A stretch of 61,937 nucleotides of DNA, the filler included, from Sphacelaria rigidula (lineage: Eukaryota), in assembly GCA_964200075.2 (NCBI GenBank). It is 10 parts of 10 records of this genome, joined end to end, with 100 filler letters (N's around TTAATTAATTAA, not from the genome) between each part and the next. Parts side by side here need not be neighbours in the genome. Positions count along the whole stretch, not along the records: positions 37,226 to 43,328 come from CAXNAA020022204.1; positions 43,429 to 49,531 come from CAXNAA020022205.1; positions 49,632 to 55,734 come from CAXNAA020022206.1; 7 more parts are not named here. One strand, given 5' to 3'. Below, in pieces: positions 38,843 through 50,326 of this stretch. A program made the position numbers and the translations under genes. Each line of letters opens with the position of its first letter. Position 1 is the first letter of the stretch. The notes below the pieces were generated by a model that made no database searches, was not told the DNA's origin, and was given only the letters and a program-made list of their open reading frames with translations.

Positions 38843-39328
38843 GGGCCCAGTTACCCCATCAATGACCGTGGGGCCAGTTACCCTGTCAGTGACCTTGGGG
38901 CCAGTTACCCCTTCACTGACCGCGGGGCCAGTTACCCCATCAGTGACCATGGGGCCAGTTACTCCTTCACTAACCGCGGGGCCAGTTACCTCATCAGTGA
39001 CCACAGGACCAGTTAGTCCTTCAGTGACGGCGGGGCCGGTTACCCCATCAGTGAATATGGGGCCAGTTACTCCTTCAGTGACGGCGGGGCCGGTTACCCC
39101 ATCAGTGAATATGGGGCCAGTTATCCCTTCAGTGAATATGAGGCCAGTTACCCCATCAGTGACCGCGGGGCCGGTTACCCCATCAGTGAATATCGGGCCA
39201 GTTACCCCTTCACTGACCATGGGGCTAGTTACCCCTTCAGTGAACACGGGGCCAGTTACCTCTTCAGTGATCGTCGGGTCAGTTACCCCTTCAGTGAACA
39301 CGGGGTCAGTTACCCCTTCAGCGACCCA
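38843..39328 (+). repeat. Minisatellite, 18 x 27 bp (consensus ~GGGGCCAGTTACCCCWTCAGTGACCRY)
   Basis: Units counted directly; translates as GPVTPSVTA or GASYPISDR. Confidence 0.95.
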
Positions 39329-41928
39329 TGGGCCCGTTCTCCCGCTAGTCATTCCTCAACTGACCAAGGAGCGAGTAGTTTCGCGTCCGATGTAAAACAG
39401 AAAATGGGCGTATCACATGTTGATTTTCAGTCTAGCGGGTCGGCGCCGGTGCCGCCTCCCAATGGAGATGACTCGGGACAGTCGGACGCTGAACTAGTAG
39501 CACTGTGTTATTCAGAAGAAGGAGAGTTGGAAAAACCAGGCATCACAGCCAACAAAAGGAAGACATAATGTACAGACTCGCAAATATCTGTACGCGCATC
39601 ACAGAGAAACGCGGTAGACGCTTCGGGTATGTCGCGAGGTCTATCGGGGAACCGCTTGTCACGCCACCGGTAGATCCGCGCGAGATCACGAAGTATTTCG
39701 GGGAGGAAAATAGTTTCCCGCAGACAGACGAACTCGTTACTATCGTGACCACAGGGGTCGCAGTCGGCGCGACAGTCACTGCATCCCGTACGCAAGAGAA
39801 CCTCGACCGCGCACTACAGTACGGCAACCACAGTAGCGCACACGATTAATTACCAAACATTTGGGGAATACTGGGAGACGACGTGAGCAGGGAAAAGTGT
39901 TCGATAGTCGAACAGACGGCTCCCCCCAAATCCCGAACCTACGATTGTCACACCTGGGAGCAGTAACCACACACAAAGGCCGCATAATTCACGATTTGTC
40001 TTTCGAAGTGCAGCGCACCCAGAAAGGAAAAAGAGGGCTGGGCAGTGACACAAACCCTGAAGACGTGCCGGCCTGTTTGTGCGGAGGAGCGCTACACAAG
40101 TTCCAAAAAGAGCTTACTTCGTTACGAACCCCCCCCCCCCCAAAACGCATACGGATGGTAAAGGTAGACGTATCGGACGCGTTCGGCCATGTGAGGGTAG
40201 TTCCAGACACGCCCATCAACTCGGCTACATTGTAGATAACCTGGTGTGTGACTTCCGGCTCACGTTCGGCTGGTCGGGCTCGCCCGGTTCCTGGGAAGTG
40301 TTGGCATCGGCGGCAGAACACGCCCACTGCAACACGAACATTGACAGCGCGGTTTTACTGCTAGAAGGCAAGGAAATGACAGCTCACGTAAAGACAGTCG
40401 ATAGGTGGGAAACGGGGGACACCACACCAATTCGAAAAGATACAGCGACCACCCCACACCCAGCAGGAGGCTTGCATGACAACTATCTGCAGATTCGTGT
40501 GCAACACTCCGATGACACGAGCGCATTGATCGCGTCCGCGTTCTTCGCATCCGAGCACGTCAGACTCTTCGGCCACGGAGAAGAAGGCGAGATACCTATC
40601 CTAGCCCCCCAGAAGAGTACAGATTGAAATACTGAGACAGAGGCGTTGGGTCTGACCGTGAACTCCCACACTATGTGGATTTCCGTATCCCGCGAGAAGG
40701 TCGAGGCACTCCGGCAAGCGTTGCTGGCCGAGTGGCTCCCCACTCGACCTTCAGTAACTGCTAAAGAAATATTGAGCCTGGCAGGAAAACTGTGGAACCT
40801 CACATGCGCAATGCGACCAGGAAAGTATCTCGCCTAGAGGACTCTGCGACTTGCAGGGCTCAACAGCTCTAGACAGAGACAATCAGAGCCGCATGATAGA
40901 GATGGGCCAAGAATTTCACGCCGACCTGAATCCCTGGAAGTGGGCAATTGAGGCAAAACTCCTACAGCATACTGAATCCCTGAGCGTGCCCGCTACTCCA
41001 TAGTAAAGAGACCCGCCCACCGACACTACCTCTCGGACGCGAGCTTTGAAGGCGTAGGCGGGTACTGTTCAGGACACTTTATACGATAGCCCCCCCACCC
41101 CCCCCCCCCCAAACCACCAAGAAAAGAGAGAAAAGAAAAAAACGAAAAAATAGAAGTGAGAAAANNNNNNNNNNCCCCCCCCCCCCCCCCCCCGGGCCGC
41201 GGGCTTTGAAGGGGGGGGGGGGAATTTTTAAGGACCTTTTTACCGAACCCCCCCCCCCCCCCCCCCAGAAAGCGCATGGTTTTGGGAGGAAAAAGCTTCG
41301 CGTAAATCGATATGGGAAACGCCTAGCACAACGAGCAGCTGGGAACTGCCACGCTTGGGTTCGTTTTCGCCAATGTTGCCAATATGAGGCGCTTTATGCA
41401 GCCTGAGCCCAAACATCAGGCGCTGTATGGCCATCTTTTCGTGACACTTTTGGGCTGTTTTTTGGGGGATATCGTAGAAAGTGTCCCAGAGATGAGAATA
41501 TACTGGATATACGGCCTACCACCGGAACTTACCGCAGAACGCGAAAGATAAGCCCAACTACGCGAAACGTGCATGATCACCATTAACCCCGTGGAACTCC
41601 TGGGGATGGTAGTCACCGCCTGGGTCATGCTCGAATTGATACACGACAAACCAGAAATCTAGGCAACCCACTCTTAATGCGCGGAAGACAACGTAGCGTT
41701 AGTCACGTGGTTCAACCGGTGCGGGGGCGCAAAAAAAACACGCGCTGGGTTACTCAATAGAACACTAGGGATACGGGGGGTGGAGCCACGAGGCAATACA
41801 CATTCAAGGAAAACCCAAACGTACTGGCTAATTCAATTCCACGTTGGCCACGTGCGGAGCTAGAGAGACGAGTAAGGGAGCACATCGACGACAGTAACTG
41901 GTCAGAACAAGCCATCGGACCACGGTAA

Positions 41929-42310
41929 GATGAAGCTCCGAGGCGTTGCAAGGTATACGCTGTGCGGGTCTGCTCGTAGACCCTGAGTGTGACGCGTTGT
42001 TACCGCGTTTGGTATCTGTCATTAGTCAGGATTGTTCGGGAGCAGCCAGAGGCCGCCCCGACCCATCTCGATCAGTTACTGGCTTGCCTTGGTCTACTCT
42101 GGACCACCACTACGCTCTGCTCCTACGGCTGCGCCGCGGCTGTACTGAGTAAGAGAGCTGCTTGTAAATATAACATGATGGTATGGAACACGTGAGTTCC
42201 CAGCCAGCAGTCTACACATGGATGAACCTACTGTGTGGTTGTTCATGATGGATAGCTATAGGTCGTACGGTGTGCCCACGTGAGAGCTTGGTTCAGCTGG
42301 AACCAATGGT
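41929..42310 (+). mobile_element. Partial LTR-like repeat lying within the YR retroelement
   Basis: Colinear with the reverse complement of 4521-4907. Confidence 0.75.
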
Positions 42311-43499
42311 ATCTCCTGGTACTCGTTCTGAGAGACCTCGACCAGTGCATTAGCGATCACATTATCATTATAACAACGGGCAAAATAGAGCATTTTTCAC
42401 ACCATACAACAAACCAACAATTTCACAGTCCGACACGACAAAACGCTGTGGTCGCGCCTGATGGATCGAAGTTGACGATGTAACAGTAGTCGATCAAACA
42501 AAAAGCTATCACCATCGAAAAACAACACAGGTATTAATATATATATGTATATACAGCTACCTACAAGTAAAATGGGTGTTCCCCCCCTTGCGACAGAGGC
42601 GGGTATGGGGTCACTAAATAGGACATCTTGCCTCCCCTCCTTAATGCAGGAACAGAAGAAATCAGGCGGCACGGCAGGGAGAAAGTAGCGCGTTTGACTC
42701 AGGCGCTGGTGCTAGGGGGCATTAGAGGTAGCACCTGCAAGACGTATAGGGCGCGTTTTGAAGCGTGGGAAAAGATACATGATGCACAAGAAAAATCACC
42801 ATGGATGGCTGAGAACGATAATTCGGATGACGTGATCAATGTACTGACCGAATGTATGGCTATGTGATGTTTCGTACACAACAACCAACATTACACCATA
42901 AGAGAATACCTCGCCGCCATCAGGTGTTTTCACAAAGTATATGTCGGATAGGACTTGAACGCACGGCAGGATTTGGGCTGGAAGAAAAGGGATGGATAAA
43001 GCACACGGATCGACTCAAGAGAAATCGCACGTCAGGCGGCCGTTGACTTGGGCATTGCTGAAACAAGGGCAATATATAATAACCGAGGACCCGAGAGGTT
43101 GTCACGTTCTGTGGCTAGGTCTCGTGTTACAGCAGATATCGGCTGTTTATGTAGTAGGCGTTTTGAAGGACGCGTGGTATGTGCCATAGGTTGTATTCCA
43201 TTCGCATATATTAACAGTGAATCCTAGAAAATGCCGTTGATACAAAATATGGGGTTGAAGCAAGGGTCTGTCAAAAATATATTTCGGGACACGTAGGCCC
43301 CAAAATCGAAAATTCGAGTTTTTGAGGGNNNNNNNNNNNNNNNNNNNNNNNNNNNNNNNNNNNNNNNNNNNNTTAATTAATTAANNNNNNNNNNNNNNNN
43401 NNNNNNNNNNNNNNNNNNNNNNNNNNNNCAGCCGGTTCGTTGGATGGTGCCGGTGCACTTTTTGTGGGGGGCGGGCTATCTCGGCAATAGTCCTGAAAG

Positions 43500-46400
43500 A
43501 AAGGAGGAGACGGAAATTCCAAGTGGTGTTCTTTACACAAGATAAAAAATCACAGCGACGAGCAATGCTTCAAGCAGAAGGCTACAAAGAAGGAACAAAC
43601 TAGCAGCATCAACTTCGCCAACATCGGCAGCACGCGAATTACCCAGACAGCAGAACCCGAACAGCCAAGGTTTGGGATTTCCTTCATATCGGCCGGGACT
43701 ACGCTCGCAAAAGTGGCGGAGGAGTCCAAGAAGCTGGAAGAGCCCAACAAGTCAGTCTTCGTTCTTGGACCAACGCCGGAGGAAACACTCGAACAACTGG
43801 CTGCAGATACTCAGGGATTATTTGGGGCGTTTGGCAAAGTTCCGAATGGGGAGTCATACGTGGCTACGCCAACGGCTTTGGGCTCGGTGGGGCACAATGG
43901 GGGCGACACCAACAGCACATCCCTAATCATGCTGGTGGATAGCGGTACATCTGCGCACTACGTGGACAGCAACCTCGTTCCCGGAATTTAACGCCGGATG
44001 ACAAACCTAGCGAAGCTGAAGCAGCCTCACAGGATTGTTACCGCTGGTAAACACATCGTGGAAGACGTCGCGACAGGCACCATTTCTGGTGCTGTCACCG
44101 AGCGAGACGGGGGAAAGCACCCGGTTTCACTCTCGGTCACCATCGTGCCTGGTCTGGGACGGCACCTCTTTTCAGTGGCTGCGGCATCAAACATGGGGGC
44201 TGTTACCACTTTCAACTCTGTTCAATCGCGCCTGGAAATGGGATTCATCACTTTGCCGTTGAAACGGCTTGGGGGCGACGAATTGTTGCACTCCTTTTCG
44301 TTGAATCTGAGGGGTGGGACAACGGGAACGGCCATGCGAGCAGAGTCGGCGAACCTGTGTCACCGGTGATTGGGACACGTCAATCGCAGGAGTCTGGATG
44401 CCTTGAAGAAGGTGAACGGCAACGGCTTCAGCTACGGAAGGGGACGTGTCAGCTTGCGATGTCTGTGCCATCGGGAAAAGCACACAACAATCTCACCCCA
44501 AAGAAGCTACCTACAACGTCACCCGTCCCTTTCAACTAGTCTACACCGACCTTATGGGACCCATCACTCCTCCCGCGTTGGGGGGCTACGACTACGTCAG
44601 CAAGTTCACCGACCAGGTGACCAAGTGGAAGTAGATATCCTCATCAAGGACAACAGCGACTCCCTCGACTCTCTCAAAATGTTCGTGAAAGCGCTCGTAG
44701 TTCCCAGTGAGTTGCGAGTCGAGTGCCTCCGCACGGATAGAGGCGGAGAGTACACCGGTGATGCGTTCAAGGACTACTGTCTTCAGACTAGCATTCGACA
44801 CGAGTTCGCCTCAACAAACACACCACAGCAGATTGGTGCCTGCAAGCGTGACGGGAGGATTCTCGCGGGGATGGTGCGCTACCTTCTCACGGACTCCGGC
44901 CTGCCGATTTTCTGTGGGCAGAAGTCCTGCGAACCGCGGAACACCTAGCGAACCGGGTACCGCATGCAGTACTGGGAAATGTCACGCCGCACACAAGCTT
45001 TTACGGCAAGGGAGCAAACCTTGGACATCTTCGGGTCATTGGGACTAGGGCGTTTCTTCACGTTGAAACGCACACCAAGAAGCTCGACCCCCAGGCTTGG
45101 GAAGGATGGCTCTGGAGCAATGCTACGGTAGGGGTGCGCTTTTGGCGCGAAATCTTGTCTGGTTCAGGGGCTCCTACAGATTCAAAATACACAAAAATAT
45201 GGGACGGAGCACCCTCGTTTGCAAATTCATTCGGGACACCCCTAGCATATTGGAATAGTAACCCTGGCGTACTCTCACATATTTCATGAGTCGCGCTTGT
45301 CATGAGATGAAGGGTTCCTAACAATTCTAACCTCAGAAAATGTGTGTGCACCCCTACCGCAGCATCCCTCTCTGTGGGTACAGCATAGAAAACAAGTCGT
45401 TTCGGATCTACACTCCGGCAGAGAAGAACGTGAGGGAGAGAAGGAACATCTATTTTATCGAGAAGCTGTCTACCCTGCGGGCTTCGGAATTATCGGGCGA
45501 TTTCAACGGCACTGATTTCACGTACCAGGATCATGACCGACTTGTGAGAGACGTGAGGAACTACACTTCACGCCTTGACCTCAATTCGCCGCTCAACCAC
45601 ATTGCGGGGATCGATCTATCGGGATCGAATAACGACGAACTTCGGAACATTGTGGACAAAATCCGCGAAATTGCCGCTCGTGATTTGCGCTTACCCGCCA
45701 GGTCAGGGTCTGCGTCGCCTGGGAAGAGTTCGCCGGCGGAAACTATGTCGAGTGGAGAATCATTAGAAGCATCTTCAAATGCCTCAGAAGAGGCATCTTC
45801 GCCTGCTGCGGTAGGTGCCTCTCGTTCCAAGACGCAGAGCACCCCTTTCGCCCGAACATCGAGTGCGCCAGGACGCCCTACGACACGATCCAGCGGTAAA
45901 CCTCTCGCTATTCCCAACGCGCCCGACGACGGAGTTAGCGCGGCAACTATGCGCGAGCTCAATTTGTTAGCATACTACACCAAATGGGTGACGGCAGACG
46001 TTGCCCACCATGAGGACGCGCTTAATTTTGTAGAGTACGCTCTCGTCGCCACCAATACCCAACTGCAATGTCGTTCGGAGGGGAAGAAGGTGACCACAAT
46101 TCTGAACACCTTTGAGGAGGCTATCGAGCTACCGGAAGCACAACACTGGAAAGCTGCGTCCGACGAGGAGATAAAGAGTCTGCAGGAACTCGGGGTCTAC
46201 TCCCTGTACGTTTCTCCACGATTCCGCCGGGAATGAAGGCGATTGATTCGAGGCGGAGTTTGACAGCGTGCCACTATACATCGACAACACGGCTACGCCC
46301 CATGTAATCGGCATCGGACTTTCAGCGCTCGCACGAAGCACTAAGCGTCACGTTTCTTCTACATCCTCGGAATGGTGGTGAAGGAAGGCAAGATCAAGAT

Positions 46401-46500
46401 CCACGACGTATCGATGGAGGATCAACTCGCTGGAATCGGGACAAAACACCTCGACAAGAAGCGTCACCGGCACCTAAATGAAGAACTTCGGAGCCTCAAC
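43500..46500 (+). mobile_element. Decayed Ty1/Copia pol with RT almost entirely deleted
   Basis: LVDSGTSAHYV, LCHR*LGHVN, CDVC, YTDLMGP, RTDRGGEY, TPQQIG, WKAASDEEIKSL, then a jump at ~46250 to the RNase H end (IDN...SARTKH...QLAGIGTK). Confidence 0.92.
45115..45370 (+). mobile_element. 256-bp MITE (copy 2) inserted in Copia pol, apparent TSD TCTG
   Basis: TCTG|GAGCAATGCTACGGTAGGGGTGC...GCACCCCTACCGCAGCATCCCTC|TCTG. Removing it restores AWEGWLCGYS. Confidence 0.9.
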
Positions 46501-47138
46501 AGCGAGAAGAATCTTGGTCAAGAACCTTAGAGGTCAATTACGTTCATCACAGAAAATGAAGGGGAGGGGGGCTCAGCATCTGTGTCAACGATTGACGGTA
46601 GTCAGAAGTACTCCGAGCGCATCAATCTGCGTTGGAATTTGTAAATGGCGGTGTCATGAATCGATATCGAGTTTGTTTCATGAAAGGCATTGCAGGTGCT
46701 GCCACATCTGTTGCATAATCGTTTTCTTGTTTTGGTTTTCAATAATCCCGTGAGATTTTCTTGCAGCACCGGTATTGCAGAGAGAGTACAAGTAGTCGTT
46801 TTGAAGGTACGACAACATCCGTGTATACTTTGTTTTCTTCATAAGGCAATTGCAACTCATGCATAGTATATAAATTGTTCAACAACCAGCATTCATTGCT
46901 GTTGTAGTAGTAGTGCAATTATTGGTTTGGCTCATGGCAAGCAGATGGAAATTTGCTTGGTACATGACATTGATTTCCCATCAGGTATCATGCCAACGTA
47001 AACTCTATAGTAAGAAGCACCATATCAAGTTGGTACTTTGGGGGGGAGTAAGTGAGGTAGTTATTAGGGTTGATTAGGTGTAATCGACAACCAGGTAATA
47101 CGGAGTATTGCTTACGCAGGCAACTTCCATTGGGGGAG

Positions 47139-47607
47139 TGTTAGGAATAGACTTCGGCATAGGCTATCCAGGCAATGCTCAGTGACACAGCGCAGGTAGT
47201 ATGTGTCGTTTGGTGTTTATGCGGAGCAACCGCTGTCGATTGAAACGTCGAATATAGGAACTTTCTAGAGTACGTCTAGAACACCTTCACTGTAGATCGA
47301 TCTGAGTAACGGTCCAGGACGATCGAGAACCTTTGATAGGATTAAGATACGAGCTCTTGAGAGGAGGAGCACAAGAGAACTCACGAGCAAATCGCGAGCT
47401 CTACTCTTTCACTCTTTACTTCTCCAACTTCTCAACTGGACTTCGACAGTCCATTGTACTCTCCAAGCCTGTGTTAGCCATAAGCGTCCATTCAACATCA
47501 AACCTTTCTTCTCGCACAGTTGAGCCACAGCTCGCTCGGCAGCTTAACATCTGTTAGCGTCAGCCTACTGCAGCCACTTTCGGGTGTACAGCAACACATC
47601 CATAACA
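47139..47607 (+). mobile_element. Copia LTR (469 bp), with PPT upstream and PBS downstream
   Basis: GGGGGAG|TGTTA...TAACA|GGTTTTGAGCC (resembles the Copia GGTTATGRGCCC-type PBS). Confidence 0.88.
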
Positions 47608-48019
47608 GGTTTTGAGCCTCGTTTCAGCGCGGCGCTAGTGCGGAGTATATCGAGGAGCGACGTCTTCGAGTATCCAGCACAAGCGAGCTTTGAAGATCTG
47701 TGTCGAGAATTCTTAAACTGTGAGAATTTTTGAGTCAACCCGTCTGCGACCGGATACTGATCTGATCAGCTGGGATCCAAGATACTGCACAACAAGTGGG
47801 ACGAACAAAATGGTTCGTGCATCGTATTTGGGGGCATTTCATCTAGGTCTTTTGTCGAGGAATATAGTCTTGCATCTGCATTTTATGCGCGGCGATCATT
47901 ACAACCGTCGGGGCGTTAGAATTCGTAGCATACAGTCGGATATCGCCCATTTTTACCTGCACGTACGGACGTCCAGCAGATAGATCTAGACAGCACCCTT
48001 AATTGTGCCTAGGATCTAG

Positions 48020-48522
48020 CTCGTTCAGCAGAGTTTGCCTCGAGCAGGGCGACGACTGCAGTGTAGCTAGCTGCAGCCGTGAGCGCCTACACGCACAACG
48101 TGTAGGAACGAAATCTGAACAGCACCACATTTGCGCGTCGAGCATTTTCACAATCTCGGGGCGTTGGAATCGTGCTTACGATTCAGTCTCCAGCAGCGTT
48201 TGCTTAGACCTAGACACGACTGCACCAGCTAAAGTAGCTACGGTACAGCCGTTTGAAGTCCGCACGCACGACGTGTAGCAACGAGATCCGAACAGCACCA
48301 CACTTGCGCGTCGAGCATTTTCACAATCTCGGGGCGTAGGAATCGTGCTTATGATTTGATCGCTAGCAGCGTTTGCTTAGACCTAGACACGACTGCACCA
48401 GCTGGAGTAGCTACGGTACAGCCGTTTGAAGTCCGCACGCACGACGTGTAGCAACGAGATCCGGACAGCACCACACTTGCACGTCGAGCATTTTCACAAT
48501 CTCGGGGCGTAGGAATCGTGCC
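48020..48522 (+). repeat. ~173-bp tandem repeat (~3 copies) in the Copia 5' leader
   Basis: ACAGCACCACA recurs at ~48119, 48292 and 48465 with near-identical intervening sequence. Confidence 0.85.
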
Positions 48523-48539
48523 TAGGGTCTGGTCTGATA

Positions 48540-49450
48540 CTTCGAAAGTATTCAACGTACAGACAACTCTGAAGTCAATCCCCAAGTTCGACGGAACGAG
48601 AACAATGTTCCGCGAATGGCGGTCAAAAGTTCGGGTAGTAATCAACTATTCAAACAAGTTCCTCTTCGACATTTTTGAGGGGAAGGATTTGCCCTGAGCC
48701 AGCAGAAGGGCAGCTGCTGGCCAACACTGCAGGAGCGCCTGCACCGATCGCGCGAGCCATTCAAAAATGGCAGCGCGGTAATCAAGACCTATTTTCCATT
48801 TTGTACCTCGCCACCACCGGGTCAGCGAACATCCCCGTGCGACAGTAGCAGGGCCGGAGGCAGGGGGAGGGACTCGGCGATGGGATTGCTGCCTGGAAGG
48901 TCCTTGCGGGCAAGTATGACAGCTACACGAAAGAGACGCAACGAGCATGCTACGACGAGCTGTGCAATACAAAGACGCAGCATGGACAGGATCCGGAGGA
49001 CTTCTTTTACAAGATGGACGACCTTCGGGCCCGGCTGCATGACATAGGAGAGGTGATCTCTAACGAGCGTTACGAGGAATCATTCTGCACTTCATCACGA
49101 ACGGCTACGACTTTGTACGACAGACCAGCTTCCGCGACCGCAACTTCGGGTTGGAGGAGATAAAGTCCACCATGCGAAACATACATGTTCATCGACAACC
49201 TTTCTCGCGTATCCACAAAACCTGTTGTGGGTCGCGGCGTGGTCATGTAGGCGGCGCACGGCGACCTCAGCAGCATCCAGTGCTTCAAGTGCGATAAATA
49301 CGGGCACCGTCGCAACACATGCCCTGAACCTCTGCGACAGAGATCACAGGAGCACCAACAACAGCAGAGGCAGAAGAAGAAGCACTGGGACTGCTGCCGA
49401 GATAGCCCCCCCCAAAAAATCGGCCAAAAACGTGCACGGAGGCGATGATC
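48540..49450 (+). mobile_element. Decayed Copia gag of a second element
   Basis: LKSIPKFDG...FREWRSK, DGIAAWKVLAGKYD, GQDPEDFF, zinc knuckle CFKCDKYGHRRNTC. Confidence 0.85.
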
Positions 49451-49882
49451 ACAACTGCCGTTAAAGCTGATTCCGTGCTGCACGACGCGACTGATTTGGG
49501 CGTTATAGCTGATTTCGGACTGCTACACGCCNNNNNNNNNNNNNNNNNNNNNNNNNNNNNNNNNNNNNNNNNNNNTTAATTAATTAANNNNNNNNNNNNN
49601 NNNNNNNNNNNNNNNNNNNNNNNNNNNNNNNACTCCTCTACTTCATCTCTAGTAAACTCTCGCTGCAATTGTTTCGAGCCTCTATCCTCCTGTTTCGACG
49701 TCTCTACATTTGCCTGGTGCCGGGTATACTGTGTACTCTATTATCTTGCATGCCGCAGTCATATGACCATTGACCTCGCATCCCTACAAAACCGGAACGG
49801 AGTACGCCGGGTACTCGGACTAGGCTCGCAACCAATCACCAAGCCCAAAGCGCCGTGATGGGTTCGGCGAGTCGGATGAAGG

Positions 49883-50031
49883 GTGAGCTGTCTCCTGCTA
49901 TGATTGTTCGGCCCGAAGCGTACTGGTTATCTTGCATATGGATGACAGCCTCCAATGAGTTGCTTCCTTTTTCTGGTACAGCCACTTCCAGAGACAACCA
50001 CGGGTTCCACACTCATGGGTGTCTCACCATT
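49883..50031. repeat. ~150-bp dispersed repeat; inverted homolog at 55580-55734
   Basis: ATGGTGAGACAC.CATGAG...TGTCTCTGGAAGT...GCAACTCATTG...GGGCCGAAC..AGCAGGA..CAGCTCACC present in both. Confidence 0.75.
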
Positions 50032-50326
50032 CAAACACTACGTAGCACGATCATCCTCTTTGCGCGGAGTTCAGGTTCTCCCACCCCGCACAACATGATC
50101 TAGCTCGACCACCCATCATGGCTACCGCGAAAAAAAACGCAGGCGCAAGAAAACCGGTAACGTGGTTGCCTAGCTTACGCAGTGATTGGCGTGTTTCACA
50201 GCGTCGTTGCCAACCGACGCCAACCCCATAAGGGGGGAAGGTGGGGGGTTAGTTCGCCACCAGGAAACGTTCTATTCTGTCTGTGTGCATTCAATCAATC
50301 GAATTCGATCAATGTTGATTGATCAC

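Larger units (their letters stand above)
37450..43140 (+). mobile_element. Decayed DIRS/Ngaro-type tyrosine-recombinase retrotransposon (gag-like, RT, RNase H, YR N-terminus)
   Basis: CCCH finger CVNHWQKQPCARTNCSFFH (38110-38166). RT motifs RIIHDLSF, KVDVSDAF, RLTFGWSGSPG, LGLTVNS. RNase H SDASFEGVGGY and INPVELLGMV. YR-like STCKTYRARFEAW and RRPLTWALL. Confidence 0.85.
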
